DNA of 47,786 nucleotides from assembly GCA_036654795.1 (NCBI GenBank), contig JAVVRI010000002.1, forward strand, positions 1 through 47,786, given 5' to 3'. Below the pieces are notes generated by a model. It made no database searches, was not told the DNA's origin, and was given only the letters and a program-made list of their open reading frames with translations. The DNA is from Tannerellaceae bacterium. GTDB taxonomy: Bacteria; Bacteroidota; Bacteroidia; Bacteroidales; Tannerellaceae. Numbering within the stretch: the stretch's first letter is position 1; every line of letters starts with the position of its first letter. The translations under genes were made by a program, and so were the position numbers. Shown in pieces: positions 33,298 to 41,430 of this stretch.

Positions 33298-33612
33298 ATG
33301 AGAACATTTAATCACGTAGGTATTCCTACAACTGAAAGTAAAGCAGGAGCAGTCTATAACGAAGGTCTGAGTGTCTGGCTGACTGATTATAGTAAAAGTA
33401 CAAACCGCATTGAATTTTTAAAGTTTGAGGCAGGTAGCTGCATGCCTGAATTGATTCAAACAACAGCTCATTTGGCTTATACCGTGCCTTGTCTCAAAAC
33501 AGAACTGGAAGGTAAAAAGGTCATCTTTGGCCCGGCTGTATGCGACGAGCATCTGACGATTGCTTTTATCGAAGAAGAGGGTATTGCTATTGAAATTATG
33601 GAAATTAAATAA
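33298..33612 (+). CDS. Small VOC (glyoxalase/bleomycin-resistance fold) family protein
   Basis: 104 aa. The FNHVGIPT start, HLAYTV and IAFIEEEGIAIEIMEI fit the paired beta-alpha-beta-beta-beta module pattern. Confidence 0.5.
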   Translation: MRTFNHVGIPTTESKAGAVYNEGLSVWLTDYSKSTNRIEFLKFEAGSCMPELIQTTAHLAYTVPCLKTELEGKKVIFGPAVCDEHLTIAFIEEEGIAIEIMEIK

Positions 33613-33635
33613 TAAAAAAAAGGAGGAATCACATT

Positions 33636-34652
33636 ATGTCAGCTATTAAAACAAAATTCATTAACGAACCGGATCAGATCACACCCGAATTGCTGGAAGG
33701 TTATGTGTTAGCTTATAAAGATAAAGTAAAATTGGCTAGTGAGAATATCGTCGTACGCGTACAGCCGAAGAGCGAAGACAAAGTGGCTGTTGTTACTTTG
33801 GGCGGATCTGGACACGAACCTGCCTTGAGCGGTTTCGTTGGCGAAGGTATGTTGGACTGTTCCGTAGTGGGCGATGTTTTTGCTGCTCCAGGTGCACAAC
33901 GTCTTTTTCAGGCTTTGCAACTGATGAAGCGCGAAGCTGGTATCCTGTTGGTGGTGCTTAACCATTCCGGCGACATTATGAGTGCAAACATGGCTTGCCA
34001 GTTGGCTGCCCGCGTAGGTATCAAAGTAAAGCAAATCATTACACACGATGACATTAGTGCTGGTGTAGGTACGGACAATAACGATCGTCGTGGTCTGGCT
34101 GGTTGCGTTCCGTTATATAAAATATTGGGCGCTGCCGCTGAAGAAGGCAAATCATTGGACGAACTGATCGAAATAGGCGAACGTTTCAATAACAAATTGG
34201 CTACACTGGCTGTGGCTATGCGCTCATGTACACACCCGCAGAATGGTGGTATCATTACCGACCTGCCCGAAGGCGTGATGGAGATTGGTATGGGACAGCA
34301 TGGTGAAGGTGGTGGCGGTTGCCAACCTCTTGTGTCGGCTGACGCTACTGCCACCCAGATGATCGATTTGCTTTGTCAGCAATTGAAACCGGCAGCCGGA
34401 GACAAGATGCTTCTTGTCATCAATGGCGTAGGTGCTACGACCCACATGGAGCTAAACATCATCTTCCGTAAAGCTTATATGGAGCTTGAAGCCCGTGGCC
34501 TCGAAGTTGCAGAAAGCCGTATTCAGGAGATCTTGACCGTACAGGAACAGGCTGGTTTCCAGATGATCCTTGCCGGACTGGATGCTGATCATATCGACTA
34601 TTTGAAGAACAAACGCTCCGATGCTCCTTACTGGACTGTTATCGGCAAATAA
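33636..34652 (+). CDS. dhaK: DhaK-type (dihydroxyacetone/ketose kinase) substrate-binding subunit
   Basis: 338 aa. LGGSGHEPALSGFVGEGMLDCSVVGDVFAAP and EIGMGQHGEGG are DhaK signatures. An AGGAGG sequence lies 9 nt upstream of the ATG. Confidence 0.85.
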   Translation: MSAIKTKFINEPDQITPELLEGYVLAYKDKVKLASENIVVRVQPKSEDKVAVVTLGGSGHEPALSGFVGEGMLDCSVVGDVFAAPGAQRLFQALQLMKREAGILLVVLNHSGDIMSANMACQLAARVGIKVKQIITHDDISAGVGTDNNDRRGLAGCVPLYKILGAAAEEGKSLDELIEIGERFNNKLATLAVAMRSCTHPQNGGIITDLPEGVMEIGMGQHGEGGGGCQPLVSADATATQMIDLLCQQLKPAAGDKMLLVINGVGATTHMELNIIFRKAYMELEARGLEVAESRIQEILTVQEQAGFQMILAGLDADHIDYLKNKRSDAPYWTVIGK

Positions 34653-34666
34653 TAAATAATAACGCT

Positions 34667-35281
34667 ATGAAACAATTAACAACAGATGCTTTCAAAACCA
34701 TGCTTCAGCATGCGTTGACACAGATTAAGGCTCGCGAAGATGAGTTCTCAAAGTTGGATGCCGTGATTGGTGACGGCGACCATGGTATGGCCATCGTTTC
34801 TGCTTTTTCCGTAGCTGTGGAAGCAGCAGAGAAAGGAACAGAGTTTAAGGCCATGCTTAATGATATGGGCTTTGGTGTTATGCTGGCAACGAGTGGCTCA
34901 ACCAGTACCTTAATGGGTGCCTTCTTCTTGGGTATGAGCGATCATGCTGCTGGTACGGAGCTGGATGCTACTGCTGTAAAGGCGATGTTTGCTGGTGGAC
35001 TAGCAAACATACAACAACAGACCAAAGCCCAGAAGGGGGATAAAACGATGATGGATGCTCTTATTCCTGCTATCGAAGCAATGGAAGCTTGTACGTCGGA
35101 CGATGTGAAAGAGATACTGACCGCCGGTGCCACGGCTGCTCTTGCCGGAGCCGAAGCTACTATACAAATGAAGGCAAATTTCGGACGCGCGCGCAACTAT
35201 GGTGAACGCTCTATCGGTTATGCGGACAGCGGCGCTACTTCTTGGAGTTGCATGCTGGCCTCTTTCGCTGAAGCTTTTTGA
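34667..35281 (+). CDS. dhaL: DhaL-type nucleotide-binding subunit of the DhaK/DhaL kinase
   Basis: 204 aa. LDAVIGDGDHGMA (Mg-nucleotide-binding Asp cluster) and GDKTMMDALIPA are present. Confidence 0.85.
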   Translation: MKQLTTDAFKTMLQHALTQIKAREDEFSKLDAVIGDGDHGMAIVSAFSVAVEAAEKGTEFKAMLNDMGFGVMLATSGSTSTLMGAFFLGMSDHAAGTELDATAVKAMFAGGLANIQQQTKAQKGDKTMMDALIPAIEAMEACTSDDVKEILTAGATAALAGAEATIQMKANFGRARNYGERSIGYADSGATSWSCMLASFAEAF

Positions 35282-35327
35282 CCTCAGATAGCAATTAAAA
35301 TAATAAACAATAAAAACAACTTAAGTA

Positions 35328-36200
35328 ATGGCAGATTTAGATGATTTAAGAGAAGGTAACGACTTTGGTGTAGGAGTATCCTCTCAGAACCAGAGTTTTC
35401 ATGTAAAGGGTGCGGCCAACCAAGCTTGGGGCATGAAGGATCGCTTGTCGCGCATATTCAATCCCGAAACAGGTAAGGCCGTTATGCTGGCTTTCGACCA
35501 TGGTTTCATTATGGGGCCTACCTCCGGATTGGAGCGTATTGACCTCAATATTGTACCTCTGATTGAGTATGCTGACTGCTTGATGTGTACGCGTGGTATT
35601 CTGCAATCTACTATTCCCGCAAACGTAAACAAGCCGATTTGTCTTCGTTCTGATGCTGGTACGACGATTTTGACAGAGCTAAACAACAACGTGCTAATCG
35701 ATATTGAAGATGCTATACGCATGAACGTATCTGCTATGGCTGTTATGTTGGCTATTGGCGATCCTGCCTTCGAAGCTACAACAGTTGCCAATCTGTTTAA
35801 AGCAGCAGACAAAGGAGCTCGTTACGGTATTCCTGTTATGGGAGTAACTGCAGTAGGCAAGCAAATGGCTCGTGACGCCCGCTACTTTGGTTTGGCCTCA
35901 CGTATTTGTGCTGAGAACGGTGCAAACATCGTGAAGACTTACTATTGCGAAGGCTTTGAGAAAGTAGCTGCTGCCTGCCCCGTGCCGGTAGTAATTGCCG
36001 GAGGTAAGAAATTGCCCGAAAAGGAAGCGCTGGAGTTATGCTACAACGCCATCAATGACGGTGCTGCCGGTGTGGACATGGGACGTAATGTATTCCAAAG
36101 TGCTCATCCTGTTGCTATGATTCAAGCAGTACGTGCCGTGGTACACGACGGATTAACACCCGACCAAGCCATGGAGTTATTCCGCGACATCGCAGAATAA
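35328..36200 (+). CDS. Class I aldolase of the DhnA/FbaB family, LsrF-like (LsrF is 3-hydroxy-5-phosphonooxypentane-2,4-dione thiolase)
   Basis: 290 aa. These segments align along the whole length with my recollection of E. coli LsrF: MADLDDLREGNDF..., WGMKDRLSRIFNPETGKAVMLAFDHG, GLERIDLNIVPL, ADCLMCTRGIL, GANIVKTYY, CPVPVVIAGGKKLPEKEALE and GVDMGRNVFQSAHPVAM. Confidence 0.7.
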   Translation: MADLDDLREGNDFGVGVSSQNQSFHVKGAANQAWGMKDRLSRIFNPETGKAVMLAFDHGFIMGPTSGLERIDLNIVPLIEYADCLMCTRGILQSTIPANVNKPICLRSDAGTTILTELNNNVLIDIEDAIRMNVSAMAVMLAIGDPAFEATTVANLFKAADKGARYGIPVMGVTAVGKQMARDARYFGLASRICAENGANIVKTYYCEGFEKVAAACPVPVVIAGGKKLPEKEALELCYNAINDGAAGVDMGRNVFQSAHPVAMIQAVRAVVHDGLTPDQAMELFRDIAE

Positions 36201-36259
36201 GCATAGGCATATTAGAGAATAAATATCACACAGATGATGTAGATCTAAATAGAAGTGTC

Positions 36260-36291
36260 CGCAGCTCTTATCTTTACGGAAAAGAGCTGCG
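36260..36291 (+). terminator. Rho-independent-type terminator after the LsrF-like gene
   Basis: 10-bp stem CGCAGCTCTT / AAGAGCTGCG with a 12-nt loop, followed by the T-rich TTCGCTTATTCTATTATTT. Confidence 0.6.
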
Positions 36292-36339
36292 TTCGCTTAT
36301 TCTATTATTTAACCATACATAATAAAACAAACACATACC

Positions 36340-37224
36340 ATGAATAAAGCTTATATGTTATTAATTGCTGCCCTACTGCTATTGGTCGGTACCTCTTGCC
36401 AACCTAAGGCAGAAAAGTTATTGCTGGGTGGTTCCGGTTGGAATAAAATAGTAATCATCGACAAAGAGACAAAGGCTATTGAATGGGAGCATCCCATGGA
36501 AGCTGGTTGGGAATGTAACTCCGTAGCCGCTACGACGGACGGGAACATCCTTTTCTCATACGCCAAAGGTGCCAAACTAATCACAAAGGATCATAAAGAG
36601 CTTTGGAATATACCTGCCCCTGAAGGTGCAGAGATGCAGACCGCCGCTATCCTGGCAGACGGCAACTTTTTGCTGGCTTGGTGCGGCCATCCGGCTACCA
36701 TTATGGAAGTATCGCCTAAGGGTGAAATGCTGAAAAAGGTAGAATACGAAACTGGTGTAGAAGCACCTCACGCACAGTTCCGCCACGTAAGCAAGGCGGC
36801 TAACGGCAATTATTTGATGCCTATCTTTGCCACTTCCGACGTGCGCGAAATAAGTCCCGAAGGTACATTGGTTAAGACGATCGCCCTCGAAGGTACTCCT
36901 TTCTGTATTGTTCCGTTAGCGAATGGAAACTCGCTGGCTGCTTGTGGCGATGCGCATAGCTATGTGGAGTTGGATGCAAACGGTGCGATTGTACGTAAAG
37001 TGAGCGGTACTGATATTGAAGGCACTTCTCTTTACTTTGTTGCCGAACTGTTACCCCTTGCGGATGGCAGTCTATACGTATGTAACTGGCAAGGACATGG
37101 AGGCGATGCTGCCGCAGGCACTTTCCCCCAATTGATCGAAGTGGACAAAACCGGCAAGATGATCTGGAGCCTAAACGACAATGCCGCTTTTGGCATGATA
37201 TCGGCTATCTGTCCGGTGAAGTAG
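36340..37224 (+). CDS. Lipoprotein, predicted small beta-propeller (family not identified)
   Basis: 294 aa. Lipobox LLLVGTSC|QPK. Repeated motifs of the type DGN(I/F)L...G....(V/I) suggest blades. Confidence 0.45.
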   Translation: MNKAYMLLIAALLLLVGTSCQPKAEKLLLGGSGWNKIVIIDKETKAIEWEHPMEAGWECNSVAATTDGNILFSYAKGAKLITKDHKELWNIPAPEGAEMQTAAILADGNFLLAWCGHPATIMEVSPKGEMLKKVEYETGVEAPHAQFRHVSKAANGNYLMPIFATSDVREISPEGTLVKTIALEGTPFCIVPLANGNSLAACGDAHSYVELDANGAIVRKVSGTDIEGTSLYFVAELLPLADGSLYVCNWQGHGGDAAAGTFPQLIEVDKTGKMIWSLNDNAAFGMISAICPVK

Positions 37225-37274
37225 GACTTTGCCCTTCCTGATCCAAGTATGTACTAAATAATACAATCAACAAT

Positions 37275-39158
37275 ATGAAGTTGCATCTTATCGACGTACT
37301 TATTATAGCACTCTACCTGGTGGTGATGGTCATCATCGGGTTGGTGCTTAAAAAGAAAGCGTCAAAGAATCTGGACTCTTACTTCCTGGGGGGTAAGAGT
37401 TTGCCTTTTTATATGCTGGGGCTGTCCAATGCCTCGGGGATGTTCGATATCTCCGGGACGATGTGGATGGTTTACCTTGCGTTCGTTTATGGATTAAAGA
37501 GCCTTTGGATACCTTGGCTGTGGCCGGTATTCAATCAAATCTTCCTCATGATATACCTTTCCATCTGGCTGCGCCGCTCGAATGTACTGACGGGAGCGGA
37601 GTGGATCCGTACGCGCTTCGGCTTCGGACGTGGGGCTACGCTTTCGCATACCATTGTGGTGATATACGCTGTGGTCGGTGTGTTGGGCTTCTTGAGTTAC
37701 GGCTTCATTGGTATTGGTAAGTTTATGGAGATTTTCTTCCCCTGGGAGATTGTGTCGCAATATGTACCTTTCGACGTGGCGCCTGAGTATGTACCGCATG
37801 TGTATGGCATCTTCTTTACTACCATTGCTACCTTCTATGTGATGATGGGGGGGATGTTGAGCATTGTCTGGACGGACGTGGTGCAGTTTGGTATTATGAC
37901 CGTTGCCGGTGTCGTGATTGCTGTGATTGCAATGATGAAGGTAACGCCTGAGATGCTTTCTGCTCATGTACCGGTAGGATGGGATACCCCTTTCTTTGGC
38001 TGGACGCTGGATATGGACTGGAGCCAGCTGATACCTGCCGTGACGGATAAGATGGCGGCAGATCAGTATGGACTCTTTACGATTGTCATCATGATGATGC
38101 TCTTTAAAGGAGTATTCCTTAGCATGGCCGGTCCGGCGCCTAACTATGACATGCAGAAAATTCTTGCCTGTAAGACACCGAAGGAGGCTGCCCTGATGAG
38201 TGGTTCCGTGCCGGTGATTCTGCTTATACCGCGCTATCTGATGATTATGGGTTTTGCCGTGTTGGCTATTGTCTTCTTTAGTGAAGACTTCCGGTCGATG
38301 GGTGCGGCGGTGGACTTTGAAACGATTTTGCCCCGTGCTATTGGCGAGTTTGTGCCGGTAGGGTTGGCCGGGCTGTTGCTGGCGGGATTGCTGGCTGCCT
38401 TTATGTCGACCTTCGCCTCTACGGTGAACGCCGCGCCGGCTTATCTGGTGAACGATGTGTATTTGAAGTATATTAACCCGAAGGCTTCTGCCCGCACGCA
38501 GATTCGTGCCAGTTACCTGATTTCGGTGCTGGTCGTGGTGGTCAGTACGGTGATAGGTCTCTTTGTGCTCAATATCAACTCGGTGTTACAGTGGATTGTT
38601 TCTGCTCTTTATGGTGGATATATCGCTGCCAACTTGTTGAAGTGGCATTGGTGGCGCTTCAACGGATATGGATACTTCTGGGGTATGTTGGCCGGCATCT
38701 TGGCCGCTATGATTGTGCCGCAGTTCTTCCCGAATACCTTGCCGCTCTATTATTTCCCGTTGCTAATGTTCGTATCGTTCATCGGTTGTATTGTGGGTAC
38801 GTTGCTGAACGAACCGACGGACGACGAGACACTGATCAACTTCTATGTGCGTGTTCGTCCGTGGGGCTTCTGGAAGCCGATAGCAGACAAGGCCGTGGCA
38901 CGTTATCCGAAGGTGGAGCGTAATACGCATTTTAAACGCGATATGTTTAACGTAGCCATCGGTATTGTCTGGCAGTTGAGTTTGACCATTATCCCGATGT
39001 ACATCGTAATCAAAGAGGGCATGCCGCTCTTTACTTCCATTATTATCCTAGGTGTAACAACGCTGATCTTAAAGAAGAACTGGTACGACAAGATGGATAA
39101 GGAGTCGAAGGAATACGACACGTTGATGGACGAACTGAAACTGGAAGAAAAGAAATAG
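37275..39158 (+). CDS. Sodium:solute symporter (SSS) family transporter
   Basis: 627 aa with about 13-14 hydrophobic helices and N-terminal LDSYFLGGKSLP typical of SSS carriers. Confidence 0.75.
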   Translation: MKLHLIDVLIIALYLVVMVIIGLVLKKKASKNLDSYFLGGKSLPFYMLGLSNASGMFDISGTMWMVYLAFVYGLKSLWIPWLWPVFNQIFLMIYLSIWLRRSNVLTGAEWIRTRFGFGRGATLSHTIVVIYAVVGVLGFLSYGFIGIGKFMEIFFPWEIVSQYVPFDVAPEYVPHVYGIFFTTIATFYVMMGGMLSIVWTDVVQFGIMTVAGVVIAVIAMMKVTPEMLSAHVPVGWDTPFFGWTLDMDWSQLIPAVTDKMAADQYGLFTIVIMMMLFKGVFLSMAGPAPNYDMQKILACKTPKEAALMSGSVPVILLIPRYLMIMGFAVLAIVFFSEDFRSMGAAVDFETILPRAIGEFVPVGLAGLLLAGLLAAFMSTFASTVNAAPAYLVNDVYLKYINPKASARTQIRASYLISVLVVVVSTVIGLFVLNINSVLQWIVSALYGGYIAANLLKWHWWRFNGYGYFWGMLAGILAAMIVPQFFPNTLPLYYFPLLMFVSFIGCIVGTLLNEPTDDETLINFYVRVRPWGFWKPIADKAVARYPKVERNTHFKRDMFNVAIGIVWQLSLTIIPMYIVIKEGMPLFTSIIILGVTTLILKKNWYDKMDKESKEYDTLMDELKLEEKK

Positions 39159-39186
39159 TATAACCATTTAATTTAAGACAAAGAAA

Positions 39187-40185
39187 ATGACAGACTTGAA
39201 GATTATTGGAAATGCCTTACCCGATATGCCGTGGGAGGAGCGGCCGGAAGGATGCAAAGACGTGTTATGGCGTTACTCCGCCAATCCGGTGATTCCTCGT
39301 GATATTACCTCTACCTCGAACAGCGTGTTTAACAGTGCCGTGGTGCCTTTCAAGGGTGGCTATGCCGGCGTGTTCCGCTGCGACGACACCAACCGACGCA
39401 TGCGTTTGCATGTGGGCTTTAGTGCTGATGCCATTCATTGGTCTATTGCAGAGGAGAAGTTGGAGTTTACCTGCGACGATGCGGAGATAGGCGAATTTGT
39501 TTATGCCTACGACCCGCGCGTATGCTTCATCGAAGATCGTTACTACATTACTTGGTGCAATGGCTATCATGGCCCGACGATTGGTGTGGCGTATACGTTC
39601 GACTTCGTAACTTTCCACCAGTTGGAGAATGCTTTCTTGCCTTTTAATCGTAACGGAGTGCTTTTTCCGCGCAAGATCAATGGTAACTTCGCCATGTTGA
39701 GCCGTCCGAGCGACAACGGACATACTCCCTTTGGTGACATATTTTATAGCGAAACACCGGATATGTGCTTCTGGGGAAAGCATCGCCATGTGATGTCTCC
39801 CGCTCCTTTCGAGCAGAGCGCTTGGCAGTGCATGAAGATTGGTGCCGGACCGATCCCGATCGAAACATCGGAAGGTTGGTTACTGATCTATCATGGTGTG
39901 CTTCATTCCTGCAACGGTTATGTGTATAGTTTTGGTGCTGCACTGTTGGACAGAGACGAGCCTTGGAAGGTAAAATACCGCTCCGGCCCCTATCTGCTTT
40001 CACCGCAAAAGGATTATGAATGTATGGGCGATGTGCCGAACGTAACTTTCCCGTGTGCCGCTCTGCATGATCCGGAGACGCGCCGCATTGCTATTTATTA
40101 TGGCTGTGCCGACACCGTGACTGGTCTTGCCTTTGGATATATTGACGAGATCGTTGAGTTTACGAAGAAGCATTCCATCATTTGA
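39187..40185 (+). CDS. GH130 beta-mannoside phosphorylase-like enzyme (short, GH130_2-like)
   Basis: 332 aa with no signal peptide. [45 protein letters not shown] and WLLIYHGV are GH130 five-bladed-propeller signatures as I recall them. Confidence 0.75.
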   Translation: MTDLKIIGNALPDMPWEERPEGCKDVLWRYSANPVIPRDITSTSNSVFNSAVVPFKGGYAGVFRCDDTNRRMRLHVGFSADAIHWSIAEEKLEFTCDDAEIGEFVYAYDPRVCFIEDRYYITWCNGYHGPTIGVAYTFDFVTFHQLENAFLPFNRNGVLFPRKINGNFAMLSRPSDNGHTPFGDIFYSETPDMCFWGKHRHVMSPAPFEQSAWQCMKIGAGPIPIETSEGWLLIYHGVLHSCNGYVYSFGAALLDRDEPWKVKYRSGPYLLSPQKDYECMGDVPNVTFPCAALHDPETRRIAIYYGCADTVTGLAFGYIDEIVEFTKKHSII

Positions 40186-40252
40186 CTCTAAAGGAAATGT
40201 GACGTTTTTAGACGAACGGCAGTTGGTAGGATACCGCTCGTTAGCAATAGGA

Positions 40253-40314
40253 AAATGGCTCGTCAGCAAATAAAAATGGCTCACGAGCCATTTTTATTTG
40301 CTGACGAGCCATTT
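40253..40314. terminator. Perfect 30-bp inverted repeat (62-bp palindrome) between convergent GH130 and corA genes
   Basis: AAATGGCTCGTCAGCAAATAAAAATGGCTC (40253-40282), AC, then GAGCCATTTTTATTTGCTGACGAGCCATTT (40285-40314). The arms are exact reverse complements. Each arm contains AAATGGCTC twice. Confidence 0.7.
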
Positions 40315-40338
40315 AATCTTTCAAAACGGATGACATTA

Positions 40339-41412
40339 TTAATACCATTCTTTTCTTTTTAGGTAGAGCCAAGTGATGACTGCGGTCAGGATCATAATTC
40401 CCCAAGCGGCCAAGTAGCCGAAAGAAAATTCTAGTTCCGGCATGTTTTTGAAGTTCATTCCCCATACGCCCACGAGGAAGGTAAGGGGGATGAATATGGT
40501 GGAGACGACAGTCAGGCGCTTCATGATGGCATTCATCCGAAGGTCGTTGTTCGATATGTAGAGATCTACTAGTGATGAGATGATTTCGCGGCAACTCTCA
40601 TTGGTTTGTGTTACGAACATCAACTGGTCGGCGAGGTCGGTATATATCGGTTGTATTTCGGACGTGATAATGCCGTTTTCGGTGCGTAGCAATTTTCCGA
40701 ACTGTTCCTTTAGCGGTTGGCTGTTCTTGCGGATGATCATATATTCGCGGCGGCGTTGCTGGATGACGGAACCCATGTTTCCTTGGTCGCTCTTGATGTC
40801 GAGGAGGGTTTCTTCGATGTCTTCCAGTAGCTCTTCTATCTTTGCAGCGGTCTCTACCAGATTGGCAATAATCGTGTTGAGCAGGAAGGCTAGCAGTAGG
40901 CCGGAACCTTTGCGGCGTACGTTTAGCATGTTCGATTCCAGTGCTTTCATGGTGTTTTCGAAGACGGGGTTGCTGCTTTCAGTAAAGGTAACAAGCGTAT
41001 GTCCGGCGATGAGCAGGCTGATATGCTCAGTGTGTATCTCCTGATTGTTGTCGTAGTAGCAGGAGTTTAGGATGATCAGCATGCGACCGTCGTAGTCTTC
41101 AATCTTCACCACGTGCTGTGGCGTGAGGATATCCTTGGCGTCTAGGTTGTGCATGCCGAAGTCCTTAACGATCTGAGTGACGACGGCGGCATCCGTCAGA
41201 CCGCTTACCTGAAACCAGTTGATGGCGTGCTCGTCTACCAGGTTGGCAAAGGGGGCATTCGTCTTAATCTCCCGCGATTGAAGCATTTCCTCATTGTATT
41301 GAACGAGACGTATGCCAGTGGCTGTTTCGTGCTCTCCGGTGTATAGGTAGCGGTCGGAGAGGTGGCGATTGGTGGCGGCATGGCGCTTGCGAGATGTTTC
41401 TTTTCGTTTCAT
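40339..41412 (-). CDS. corA: CorA-family magnesium/cobalt transporter
   Basis: 357 aa. The GMNF motif is present (LVGVWGMNFKNMPE), followed by two C-terminal TM helices. Confidence 0.85.
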   Translation of the reverse strand: MKRKETSRKRHAATNRHLSDRYLYTGEHETATGIRLVQYNEEMLQSREIKTNAPFANLVDEHAINWFQVSGLTDAAVVTQIVKDFGMHNLDAKDILTPQHVVKIEDYDGRMLIILNSCYYDNNQEIHTEHISLLIAGHTLVTFTESSNPVFENTMKALESNMLNVRRKGSGLLLAFLLNTIIANLVETAAKIEELLEDIEETLLDIKSDQGNMGSVIQQRRREYMIIRKNSQPLKEQFGKLLRTENGIITSEIQPIYTDLADQLMFVTQTNESCREIISSLVDLYISNNDLRMNAIMKRLTVVSTIFIPLTFLVGVWGMNFKNMPELEFSFGYLAAWGIMILTAVITWLYLKRKEWY

Positions 41413-41430
41413 GAGGGATGATGTGCTTTG

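Noticed and set aside
11528-40185. The impression that the men block is more GC-rich than the IclR cluster, which could hint at horizontal transfer.
   Set aside because: Spot counts on single 60-nt lines ranged from 33% to 62% within both regions. Without a proper sliding-window GC and tetranucleotide calculation, the difference cannot be established.
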